The position numbers and the translations under genes were made by a program. The notes under the pieces were generated by a model. The model worked only from the letters and a program-made list of their open reading frames with translations. It was not told where the DNA came from and did no database searches. This document shows positions 28,659 to 37,545 of a DNA stretch of 64,000 nt, piece by piece (position 1 is the stretch's first letter; each line of letters opens with the position of its first letter). The stretch is from a virus (lineage: Duplodnaviria > Caudoviricetes). The stretch is taken from positions 3,175-67,174 of IMG/VR virus record IMGVR_UViG_3300031965_000021. One strand, 5' to 3'.

Positions 28659-30275
28659 ATGGAAATAATTGTACCGTTAACAATAACAGAAGAAATGATC
28701 ACGTCGTCCAATGTTGCTGAAGATGATTATGAAGAGTGGACGGATATTGGTACAGAAATGTATTCTTTTAATGCCTCCCCTTTAGAGTGGTCAGGTATAT
28801 CTATTGATTCGTTAACAGCTGATGTATATGCTTGTTCAGCTACAGAGATTAAATGGTCAGGTATTACCATCGATGAGAATACCAAAACCGTTTACTCCTG
28901 TGTAAAAGGTGGAGATGTTTATTTCAGGGCATTGGGGGATTCTTATTTTAATGCCCTTGGTCAAACAGTTAGGGATTGGTCAGGAATAGCTGTAAATTCT
29001 TCTAATGGTGATCTATACGCCTGTGTTTATGGTGGCGGTGTTTATAAAAGAGTAGGTGCAGGCGATTTTATAGAGGTAGATGCGTCGATTAGGAATTGGG
29101 CAGGGGTAACTATAGACTCTGCTACAAACGACGTGTGGGCATGTGTTTTTGGCGGTTTTATCTATAAACAGACTGCCGGGGCTGGAGCATTTAACGCTAT
29201 AACAGCAACCGCCCGTAATTGGTCAGGGATAACCATTGATCCTATAACTAAAGATATTTACGCCTGTGTTAATGGTGGAGATATTTATAAACAGACAGGT
29301 GGTTTGGGCGACTTTGTAGCTATGGGACAAACCTCAAGGGCTTGGTCAGGTATATCTGTCAACTCTGATACAGGGGATATATATGCTTGTGTAGCTCGGG
29401 TTGGCTTATTTATCTATGGAACAACTGTTTATAATACTGGTGACCGGGTTATCTCTACTACAGACCACAGTATCTATGAATCGTTAGTTGATTCCAATGT
29501 AAGAAAAAATCCTATAACAGATTCTGTTTCATCAAATCCTTCCTGGGCAAGAGTAGGTACGACAAATAAATGGAAAATGTTTGACTATAAAGTGAGTAGT
29601 CAAACTATTGTGGCAAGAAATATTACAAGTGTGATAACCCCAGGGGTAAAAATATCCGCCATAAGCCTAATAGAAGTTGAGGCCACTCAGGTAATTGTTA
29701 CAACAGAGAATCCTACAACAACTAGGGTCGTTGATATTACTGATGAAATAACAGACTTAGTGATAAAAGATCTTGCTGCTGATGATATAATCATAGATAA
29801 TTCTCTGATTTCTGATCTCGATGATATGCTTATATCGGAACTTGATGAAACTGTAATTGGAGATACAGCGGCTTGGAATGAATCAACAGTGTTTACAATA
29901 ACTATAATTAACTCTTCATCACCAGCTAAATGTGGAGAATTGATTATGGGAGCACCCCAAGACTTAGGTTTTACTCAATATGGGGTTGACCTTGGCATTT
30001 TAGATTATTCTGTTAAAGAAACTGATTCTTTCGGCACCCCTAAATTAATAGTCAGAGAGTTTGCTAAAAAGGGTAATTTTGATGTTTTAGTAGATCAAAC
30101 CAGCCTCAATTCTGTTTATAGAAAATTAGCCAAATATAGAGCGACCAATGTTTTATGGATAGGCGATGATAATATAGCGCCAACTATTATTTTTGGCTGG
30201 TGCCGCAAATTTAATATTGTTTTGCCGCAATTAAATGTAAATATCTGCTCACTTGAAATAGAGGGGATGACATGA
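28659..30275 (+). CDS. tail protein with inserted beta-propeller repeats
   Basis: Seven WSG(I/V)..D..T.D.YAC repeats inside a tail-protein frame (..TNKWKMFD..). Confidence 0.7.
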   Translation: MEIIVPLTITEEMITSSNVAEDDYEEWTDIGTEMYSFNASPLEWSGISIDSLTADVYACSATEIKWSGITIDENTKTVYSCVKGGDVYFRALGDSYFNALGQTVRDWSGIAVNSSNGDLYACVYGGGVYKRVGAGDFIEVDASIRNWAGVTIDSATNDVWACVFGGFIYKQTAGAGAFNAITATARNWSGITIDPITKDIYACVNGGDIYKQTGGLGDFVAMGQTSRAWSGISVNSDTGDIYACVARVGLFIYGTTVYNTGDRVISTTDHSIYESLVDSNVRKNPITDSVSSNPSWARVGTTNKWKMFDYKVSSQTIVARNITSVITPGVKISAISLIEVEATQVIVTTENPTTTRVVDITDEITDLVIKDLAADDIIIDNSLISDLDDMLISELDETVIGDTAAWNESTVFTITIINSSSPAKCGELIMGAPQDLGFTQYGVDLGILDYSVKETDSFGTPKLIVREFAKKGNFDVLVDQTSLNSVYRKLAKYRATNVLWIGDDNIAPTIIFGWCRKFNIVLPQLNVNICSLEIEGMT

Positions 30276-31429
30276 CAACTATTACCAGCCCCACTATATT
30301 TGCTCCTTCAGCAGATACTGTTGTTAAAAAAGGAGGAATATTTAAAATAAGCTCGTTAGGGCATTTAGAATATATATCTAAACAAAAACCTCAGATAGAA
30401 GCCACCTCACTTGCCGGATTAATTGAGTTAGCCCAACTAGGTTCTACAATAATTGATGGTGGATATATAAAAACCAATTTAGTTGATTCTGATACTTTAT
30501 TGGCTGATGTTTTATTTATAGGAGATATGTTAGACGGGGATTTTTTGAGACAAGACCGTATTGACGTATCTTCATTAGTCACAAATATGGGCCTTGGTGC
30601 TTTGGCTTATGAAGATGTTGTCGAGGCTGCTCAGTTAGGGACCACTTTAATTTCCGGTGGGTTTATACGAACAGATTTAATAGATACCGATGCTATATTG
30701 GCAGATGTTATTGTTTCTGGTGATTTAGGAGAGCTTGCCGGGTTAGATACAATAGAGACTAATCATCTTGGAGCGACAATAATATCTGGTGGGTATATAC
30801 GAACTTCGCTATTAAGTACCCAGATTCTATATGTTGGTGATGCTGATTTAACCTCTGAGAATATAGCACTTAATACTTCTTATGTTGGAACACATCTAGC
30901 AACTGATGTTGCTTATTGGGCAAGTCACCCTGCTGAGGTAATAAATGCGAATGTAACTACCATATCTGGCGGGAAAATAACTACAGGATCTATTGCTGCT
31001 GATAAAATTATAAGTAACTCCCTTACAGCTAATCAAATTGCTGCTAACGCTATTACAGCAATTGAGTTGGCTTCTAATTCTGTCACTGCAGCTAAAATAA
31101 TGGCTGGGCAAGTAATTGGCGGTCACATAGCAACGAGAACATTAACTGCTGATAAGATAGCAGCTAACTCTTTAACAGTTACTGAGATATGGGGGTTGGC
31201 TCGTATAAACGGCAATCGGCTGAATGTTATTGCTACAGGGTCTGTTAGTTACGGTATTGGTGGAAGCGCAACCATAACGCATAACTTGGGGAGGTTTGCC
31301 GTAGTCAGTTGGTTCGGGGGGCAACATACTAAAGCAGGCCTTTCAAACAATACAGTAAATTCGTTCACGTTCAACTACTTACCAGAACAAAATGAGGGGG
31401 GGATAACGTTCAGCTATGCCTATATATAA
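30272..31429 (+). CDS. tail fibre/tail tip protein with gp58-like repeats
   Basis: Three LG.T.I.GG.I.T.L repeats and ITTGSIAADKI-type repeats. Confidence 0.65.
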   Translation: MTTITSPTIFAPSADTVVKKGGIFKISSLGHLEYISKQKPQIEATSLAGLIELAQLGSTIIDGGYIKTNLVDSDTLLADVLFIGDMLDGDFLRQDRIDVSSLVTNMGLGALAYEDVVEAAQLGTTLISGGFIRTDLIDTDAILADVIVSGDLGELAGLDTIETNHLGATIISGGYIRTSLLSTQILYVGDADLTSENIALNTSYVGTHLATDVAYWASHPAEVINANVTTISGGKITTGSIAADKIISNSLTANQIAANAITAIELASNSVTAAKIMAGQVIGGHIATRTLTADKIAANSLTVTEIWGLARINGNRLNVIATGSVSYGIGGSATITHNLGRFAVVSWFGGQHTKAGLSNNTVNSFTFNYLPEQNEGGITFSYAYI

Positions 31430-31862
31430 AATACAGATAAAAGAAAATGGAGAGATTTTTGGTTACCAGAAAATAGAATCCATAGATGATGCTTTTTGGA
31501 TTGACGGCATAGAAGTTGAACAGGAGTTCTACGATCTTGTCGCTGCTGATTTGTGGCTTGCCATAAACACATACTATTTCGACTTCGTTACTGAAACCTT
31601 TATTGCTCGTCCAGAGATGGAAACTGATCACAGTCAGTCAGAAATTTCCGAATATCCAAGTATTGAGGCCGATGGTATCGATTCAGTTACGTTCGAGCCT
31701 TTGCCGATTCCTTGTGTAGTTAAGATTGATAGTCAGGAATTTATTCTCGATGATCCAGCTGACCCTGTTTTTGAATTTTCTACACCAGTTGCGGGAACAT
31801 ATATTATTACAGCCGAGCAATTCCCTTATAAGCCAAAATTCTGGACAGTGGAGGCTATATGA
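31416..31862 (+). CDS. tail-associated hypothetical protein, 148 aa
   Basis: Overlapping ORF in the tail module. Confidence 0.65.
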   Translation: MPIYKIQIKENGEIFGYQKIESIDDAFWIDGIEVEQEFYDLVAADLWLAINTYYFDFVTETFIARPEMETDHSQSEISEYPSIEADGIDSVTFEPLPIPCVVKIDSQEFILDDPADPVFEFSTPVAGTYIITAEQFPYKPKFWTVEAI

Positions 31863-32206
31863 AGGTTGTATTTAACGGTTCATTGAAGAAAGAAAAGTAC
31901 GCTGAAGATGCCAAAACCCTACGTGATGCACTTGAGATAGCTGATATTGAGGTATTTGGCGTCATGTGGCAGGTTCGAGATAAGGACCGAGCAAGAATCC
32001 AAGAGACCATTAATGCATCTGTTATTCTCAATGCTCCTCCGGAAACAACTGTGGATTGGATACTTGCCGATAACAGTGAAAGACCAACAACAGCAGACGA
32101 TCTACGCCAGGTACTATTGGCTTATGCTCTTCGAATGCAAGAATTGTTTTACAAATACAGAACATGGCGATCTAGCGGCAGGAACAGGATATTTACAGCA
32201 GAATAG
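31859..32206 (+). CDS. DUF4376-like tail fibre assembly protein
   Basis: WQVRDKDRARI..VDWILADN pattern. Confidence 0.65.
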   Translation: MKVVFNGSLKKEKYAEDAKTLRDALEIADIEVFGVMWQVRDKDRARIQETINASVILNAPPETTVDWILADNSERPTTADDLRQVLLAYALRMQELFYKYRTWRSSGRNRIFTAE

Positions 32207-32250
32207 ATTTACTAACAGATAAAATATGAAATCAACAATAAGGCTTTATT

Positions 32251-32619
32251 ATGGGTGATCTTTCCAAAGACTTTTCCAGAAGTGAATATACTTGCAGATG
32301 TGGTTGTGGATTCGATACTGTTGATGTTGAGTTGAATAGGGTTATGCAGGATTTGAGGGATCACTACGGGAGAAGGATCACTATAACAGGGCCGAACAGG
32401 TGCTTTACCAAAAACCTTAATACTAAAGGGGCGGCAAGGGATTCTCAACACCAATTTGGCAAAGCAAATGACTTTATTGTTGATGGGGTTTCTGCGGAAG
32501 ATGTGTTTGACTATTTGAATTTGAAATACCCGAGCCGGTATGGCATAGGTTTATATACTGATCCTGCTCGGGTCCACTTGGACATCAGGCCGTACCGGGC
32601 ACGTTGGCGGATGCCTTAA
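32251..32619 (+). CDS. peptidase M15A (D-Ala-D-Ala carboxypeptidase fold) cell-wall hydrolase
   Basis: F.RSEY.CRCGC, SQHQFGKAND, VHLD.R zinc-binding motifs. Confidence 0.85.
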   Translation: MGDLSKDFSRSEYTCRCGCGFDTVDVELNRVMQDLRDHYGRRITITGPNRCFTKNLNTKGAARDSQHQFGKANDFIVDGVSAEDVFDYLNLKYPSRYGIGLYTDPARVHLDIRPYRARWRMP

Positions 32620-32887
32620 ATTCCGGGATTGATATTTTGGCTCTTAATACAGTTTCGTGCTTTACGTTATCATAAAAACACTCAAGTTCCTGATTATTTT
32701 CTGTTCTCATAAAGATATTATCAGGGACTCTTACTTCTCCACCGTTTACATGAATAGCCGTCCAAAGAAGTCTTTTTGCAGCTTCCAATTCTTTGGCAAG
32801 ATCGTTTATCATTTTGTTTGATTCAACTACTCTTTCTAAAACGCTTTTGAGTTTTTGCTCAGCATATTCAGCAGTTAATTCTTCCAT
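32585..32887 (-). CDS. hypothetical protein (probable start MEEL at 32887)
   Basis: GAGGGA RBS before ATG 32887; the upstream extension overlaps a terminator. Confidence 0.7.
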   Translation of the reverse strand: MEELTAEYAEQKLKSVLERVVESNKMINDLAKELEAAKRLLWTAIHVNGGEVRVPDNIFMRTENNQELECFYDNVKHETVLRAKISIPEFKASANVPGTA

Positions 32888-32909
32888 CTCGTCCCTCTTA
32901 ATCAATTTA

Positions 32910-32942
32910 AAAAGCCGGAAGAATTGCGAACTCCCGGCTTTT
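32910..32942. terminator. intrinsic terminator, possibly bidirectional
   Basis: AAAAGCCGG-N15-CCGGCTTTT with A/T tails on both sides. Confidence 0.65.
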
Positions 32943-33075
32943 ATTTCTAGCATACGTTTGTTTTGTTTTATTCCGAATTGTTTTATTCTATTAATTATCA
33001 GCCACTCTCTATGATTCGTCAGCCACCGCTAACTATGGCACCATATTTGCCTCCTTTATTTTTCATGTTTTGTTA

Positions 33076-33726
33076 CTAAATAATTTGAGTGACAACAGTT
33101 TGTCGACCGCGTATAGTAAATTCAAATACACGATCAGCAACTTCTATAATTTCTTCGCGCGTTGCCCTTTCATCAGCAATCATTACAATCTGCAACCCTG
33201 GCCAATGTCTTTCTGGGATAGGTTTGCAAATCTCTTTTAACATTGCAAGTGCCCTTCTGTTTGGCTCTTTAGCTTTTAAATGTTTGAACGGCTCATCCAA
33301 CCAGATACTCGCCCTACTTCGAGGATTCTGTAAAGACCACAGAGCAGGCCGCAAAGCCATTCCTGCTATATCTACAGGGCCAAGCCCGGTATTATCTTTC
33401 GGGGAAATAGGCTGCCCATCTCTGACAAACCAGAAATCCACCTCAACACTTCCCCTTCGTTGCTCGAACTTTACATCAAAGTCGTAAGGATCATCAAATA
33501 CGGAAGAAAGGGCCAGTTTGGGTAGCTCACAGAGTTGATACCTCAATTGCTCTTGAGTTTGCTGTGCACATAATTGAACGAGGGCAGAGGCTTCTTCAGC
33601 ATCATTTAATTCTTGCTTCAGCTCTCTTCGTTTGTTTTTGGCAGCCTTCAACTTTTCCCGGATCTTATCCCTGGCTCCGGAAAGTTTGTTGTATCTGGTT
33701 TTTAAATCAATTAGGCTCGTCATCAA
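33076..33726 (-). CDS. SbcC/Rad50-like ATPase, C-terminal half
   Basis: Coiled coil, then signature-like GLGPVD and Walker B WLDEPF. Confidence 0.75.
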   Translation of the reverse strand: MMTSLIDLKTRYNKLSGARDKIREKLKAAKNKRRELKQELNDAEEASALVQLCAQQTQEQLRYQLCELPKLALSSVFDDPYDFDVKFEQRRGSVEVDFWFVRDGQPISPKDNTGLGPVDIAGMALRPALWSLQNPRSRASIWLDEPFKHLKAKEPNRRALAMLKEICKPIPERHWPGLQIVMIADERATREEIIEVADRVFEFTIRGRQTVVTQII

Positions 33727-33976
33727 TTCCCTCTATTTTGTCGAGCAGAACCTGAATTTGGTCGAGGAGATCTTCAAGCGTCTCTTTGATTCCTTGGGTT
33801 TTGGCCTCCAGCTCTTTCAGATAAGAGTCAACATCGGCATCTTCTTCGAGACCAAAAGATTTGATTTGGTTGTTAACTTGTTTCAGCTCACCCTCAAGCC
33901 CTGCCTGCTGCTTTTGGAATTTCTTGAGGGATTCTTGGTTGGCTTTTATTTCTTTTTCGATTTCGTTTATTTGCAT
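33707..33976 (-). CDS. coiled-coil protein, 89 aa
   Basis: Heptad-rich; overlaps the SbcC C-half. Confidence 0.7.
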   Translation of the reverse strand: MQINEIEKEIKANQESLKKFQKQQAGLEGELKQVNNQIKSFGLEEDADVDSYLKELEAKTQGIKETLEDLLDQIQVLLDKIEGIDDEPN

Positions 33977-34033
33977 TTGTTCAACCTTTTATTTCGGAAA
34001 ATAGTTAATTAGTATTAGTCGTTGGCCTGATAA

Positions 34034-34297
34034 TTATCCACTAATACCATCGATATTTACAGAGCTATATATTTCCCCTAAATAAATCCCCTGTGCTTCT
34101 TGTAAACCATCTTGCAGCTCTAAATTATACTTTTCAGCAACAGATCTGTCATATACAGAAAGTTGTGCGTCACCAATAGTAGACAACCCAAGTCGTGGAG
34201 GACAGGACATAAGAGCTTTTTCTAACCTCTTCATCCATGCCTCCTCTTTTTTACTTAGTGGTTTAACCTCGTCTTTGTAATTCTTTATGTTTCTCAT
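34034..34297 (-). CDS. hypothetical protein, 87 aa
   Basis: ORF in the minus-strand operon. Confidence 0.7.
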   Translation of the reverse strand: MRNIKNYKDEVKPLSKKEEAWMKRLEKALMSCPPRLGLSTIGDAQLSVYDRSVAEKYNLELQDGLQEAQGIYLGEIYSSVNIDGISG

Positions 34298-34315
34298 TTA
34301 TCAACCCACAATCTT

Positions 34316-35251
34316 TCATATCCCTTCATAATAAGACCAGACCTTATCAATTATACGCCTGTCTATATCTTTCGTTAAGAGTGCTTGAAGATTTTGTTCA
34401 AAATTAATTCCTGTAACAACCTGTTCCCCCAGTTTCTCTACGAATGCACTCAACCTCTCTTCCTTTTCTTTTACTTCTTCCAGATGAAACCTGCTCACTA
34501 CACCTGATTCTATAGGTAAAAATACCCTCTCGACGCGATTTTCAGCGGCAAACCATAGAAAGATACTCGGTTTAAAGTTTTCCTGATCTGCGTCGTTTCT
34601 CATTAAAGAACCGGGGTTGACTAAAAGGGTATTAGTCCTCTTATTAAAACCGGTAAAAGTAGCGTGGTGGTGGCCGGATACAATTAAATCAAAGTTGGAG
34701 AATATTCTGAGCAACTGTCCTTTCTCCCATCCCTCACATCCAGGGAAAGGCATATTGTCATCATATACCATTGTATGAATCAAAAGGACATTATAATCAA
34801 AATCGTTTGCTTCTATCACCACAGGTTCTACAGGTTCACCCCATGGTATTCTATGGATTTGTACTTTGCGTTCATTCCTCAAAGCAAAGAATCGTTTTTT
34901 AGAGATAACCCTGGCACTCTCTAGAACCTTCATAGCTGATCTATCATAATTAGCCATAGATTTGCCTGGCAAGTCATGGTTACCGGGGACAGTAAAGAGC
35001 GGTTGAGGAAGATTTCTGATTGCCCAGGAGACAAGAAAGTAATTAGGGGATTGTTTATACTTCTTGTCAAATAGATCACCACCATCTAGGATAGGACAAT
35101 TGTATTTGTTAGCCAGATCGGAAATGAACTTGATTTTTCTTTCCTGTGCGGCCCAGTGGTCATCAAGTCGACAGAGTGGGGTATGCGCCCTAAGTTCTAT
35201 ATCCCCTGTGATTATAGCATCAGGGATTTGGGTTTGTTTGGTTCGTTTCAT
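34316..35251 (-). CDS. SbcD/Mre11-like metallophosphoesterase nuclease
   Basis: GGDLFD, PGNHD, H, SGHHH and NPGS motifs. Confidence 0.85.
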   Translation of the reverse strand: MKRTKQTQIPDAIITGDIELRAHTPLCRLDDHWAAQERKIKFISDLANKYNCPILDGGDLFDKKYKQSPNYFLVSWAIRNLPQPLFTVPGNHDLPGKSMANYDRSAMKVLESARVISKKRFFALRNERKVQIHRIPWGEPVEPVVIEANDFDYNVLLIHTMVYDDNMPFPGCEGWEKGQLLRIFSNFDLIVSGHHHATFTGFNKRTNTLLVNPGSLMRNDADQENFKPSIFLWFAAENRVERVFLPIESGVVSRFHLEEVKEKEERLSAFVEKLGEQVVTGINFEQNLQALLTKDIDRRIIDKVWSYYEGI

Positions 35252-35253
35252 AT

Positions 35254-35691
35254 CTATTTTATTTGAAAGAAAATAGATGGGTTTTTAACTTCAGCCAATA
35301 TTCTATAAACACTAAGTATTTCTTTAATAGGATCAGAAGATAGTGTAAATTGAAGCGCTACCCGTTGCCAATCATTTAATGCGACTGGACTGCCATCTTT
35401 ATATAATTTAAGAATTATATGACAATGAGGTTCACCGCTGCTTGATGACGTTATACTTTGATGAATTTCATCAAAAAGATAATTATCAATCGCTCCTAAT
35501 AATTCCTCTTTCCTTTTGAAATAATTCTCTTTTTGCTCCTTGGTGTCAATATCCAAGAATAATTCATTTTTTCTTGGATATAATACAACTAAACCTCTAT
35601 CTTTGGCTGTCTGTTCTGCCGATTCTTCAAAAATATAAAGCTCATCATGAATCCTAATCTTTGTTGCATCTTTATTTGGTAATAAGCTCAT
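35254..35691 (-). CDS. hypothetical protein, 145 aa
   Basis: ATGA coupling to the upstream ORF. Confidence 0.7.
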   Translation of the reverse strand: MSLLPNKDATKIRIHDELYIFEESAEQTAKDRGLVVLYPRKNELFLDIDTKEQKENYFKRKEELLGAIDNYLFDEIHQSITSSSSGEPHCHIILKLYKDGSPVALNDWQRVALQFTLSSDPIKEILSVYRILAEVKNPSIFFQIK

Positions 35692-36188
35692 GTTCTTTCT
35701 CCAATAAGATTAAAAATAGTCAACTGCCCTCTCTCTTCTTGAATCCTTTTAATGTCTCGTAGCCTTCTTCTCTGAATAGCAAGATAGTTTTCAACTGGAG
35801 TCACCTGGATTAAATGACCTGGATTAACACAAGTTGTATTCCTACATTTATGGTCAATATGCATTTGCTCTTTTATCGGCCCATTAAATAATGCGTAAGA
35901 AACTCGATGACCCCATTTTGTTCCTTCAGGAGTGTAGCAACAAGCATAACCATTGTGAATCCTGCCTTGCCACTCCCAACATCCGCAAATAGACAACCTT
36001 ATGTTCATTAAAAATTCTTGTAAAATGCGTTCTCTATGCTCGTCTTTAATTTCATAAGGCTTAATTACCATTTTCCCACAACGACCAAACTTTCCAGCCG
36101 CTATTCCTTCTTCTTGTCTTTGAACTGCTGTTAGCCAAGGCATTTTAAAATTGATCCTCGAAATGTTCTGGAAAAGTTCCAAATTCAA
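35688..36188 (-). CDS. HNH endonuclease
   Basis: CWEWQG..GY..HRVSY..IDHKCRN..CVNP.HL. Confidence 0.85.
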   Translation of the reverse strand: MNLELFQNISRINFKMPWLTAVQRQEEGIAAGKFGRCGKMVIKPYEIKDEHRERILQEFLMNIRLSICGCWEWQGRIHNGYACCYTPEGTKWGHRVSYALFNGPIKEQMHIDHKCRNTTCVNPGHLIQVTPVENYLAIQRRRLRDIKRIQEERGQLTIFNLIGERT

Positions 36189-36534
36189 TAAAGAAGGCTA
36201 TATCGGAATCACTCATATTTAATTCTTTCCCTAAAGTTTCATTAATATCTTCGAGGTATGGTAGATACTTCGATTTAGTAGTCTTCCCGTCTTTTAACCT
36301 GTTTAAAAATTCTAAAATATCTTTGCGTTTAATTATTGTTTTCTTTCTCTTATCTAAAAACAAACTACAGAAATCTTGATACCAGACAGGGTTACTGGTC
36401 GCTACCTGTCTACTGCAACAACCGTTACTGGCCCTGTCTGGATTTGTAGAAGGAATCAGGTAAACATCTAACTTATTACTGAGCAAATCATAATACATAA
36501 ACTCATAGATTTGCTGTTTGCTTAAATTACTCAT
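36145..36534 (-). CDS. hypothetical protein, 129 aa
   Basis: ORF in operon. Confidence 0.6.
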   Translation of the reverse strand: MSNLSKQQIYEFMYYDLLSNKLDVYLIPSTNPDRASNGCCSRQVATSNPVWYQDFCSLFLDKRKKTIIKRKDILEFLNRLKDGKTTKSKYLPYLEDINETLGKELNMSDSDIAFFIEFGTFPEHFEDQF

Positions 36535-36779
36535 TTGATTAACAACTCAACATCCTTAATCCAACTATCAATAGCCTGATGGTTCTCACATTGGGCTAGA
36601 TCGACCGAACCCGCCATGCCATTTGATTCGATCAGTAGCAGGTTGCGGCCTCGGTTACAGAACAGGATTAGACCAGGGAAAAGTTTTATTTTTTTATCCA
36701 AAGGGCGGCATGCCTCATATGGTTCGGCCACCCTGTCCCAACTGTCCTCATTGTTTTTCATAATAATCACATACTCCAA
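36531..36779 (-). CDS. hypothetical protein
   Basis: ORF in operon; start uncertain. Confidence 0.55.
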   Translation of the reverse strand: MEYVIIMKNNEDSWDRVAEPYEACRPLDKKIKLFPGLILFCNRGRNLLLIESNGMAGSVDLAQCENHQAIDSWIKDVELLIK

Positions 36780-36831
36780 TAATATTGTTAATATTAAATA
36801 ATATATGTTACTTGGTCATATCCTTTCTTTT

Positions 36832-37047
36832 TTACTTACTTATCAGCAGCAACTCAACTTCCCTGGCCCTCTCAATATATCCTGCAGCTAAAGCCATTCC
36901 GGCCTTGTCTTTCCCCAATCCATTTTTAGCCATAGAGGAAATAAAAGAACCTATGGCAACACGTATAGTCATGGCTTGAGATGAAGTTAATAGTTGGCCA
37001 TTTATGGTTATTGTTGGTTCTGGTGGAAATTGAGTTGGCGTGTTCAT
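36832..37047 (-). CDS. hypothetical protein, 71 aa
   Basis: AAGGA RBS; ORF in operon. Confidence 0.65.
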   Translation of the reverse strand: MNTPTQFPPEPTITINGQLLTSSQAMTIRVAIGSFISSMAKNGLGKDKAGMALAAGYIERAREVELLLISK

Positions 37048-37050
37048 ATA

Positions 37051-37239
37051 TTAGTATCCTTTGGCCTCAAGAATTTTATCCAGTACCAACACTACCGCTG
37101 GGATGCACAAAAGAATAACTGTGCCAACTGCCAACAAAGCCGCGATGAATTTCAAATCCTCTATCCTCTTCTTGGGCAGCCTGGATAAAAATGGGACCGA
37201 TTGATTTTGTACATCTCTCATTTTTCCCTCCAAATTCAA
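37051..37239 (-). CDS. small membrane protein, 62 aa
   Basis: One TM segment; GGAGG RBS. Confidence 0.6.
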   Translation of the reverse strand: MNLEGKMRDVQNQSVPFLSRLPKKRIEDLKFIAALLAVGTVILLCIPAVVLVLDKILEAKGY

Positions 37240-37317
37240 TAATAATGATTTCTAAATCTGCTATTTCACTTTCCAGTTGTTTGATCCGGTTTTTGGCAAA
37301 ATCAACAACTACAGCGT

Positions 37318-37545
37318 TCATGTCTCGAAATCTCCACATCGGCCAATCGCTTCAAGAATCTGTAATCCAATCGTGCTTTTGGCCAAACAAACTCTATCAA
37401 GTTCAATTTTTGCCGCAGTCACACATCGTAGCGTTTGGGCTTTTAATATTTCTTTGATTTCATTGTCCAGATAATTTGTTACCGAGCCTGTCTCTTCCAT
37501 TTTTGTCATAGCCTCATTTTGATTATTGAACCACATGTTGGGCAT
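37318..37545 (-). CDS. hypothetical protein
   Basis: Short ORF following the SbcC N-half. Confidence 0.45.
   Translation of the reverse strand: MPNMWFNNQNEAMTKMEETGSVTNYLDNEIKEILKAQTLRCVTAAKIELDRVCLAKSTIGLQILEAIGRCGDFET

Noticed and set aside
33016-33022. CTGACGA on the minus strand resembling a second hammerhead core
   Set aside because: No stem II followed by GAAA and no matching stems I/III
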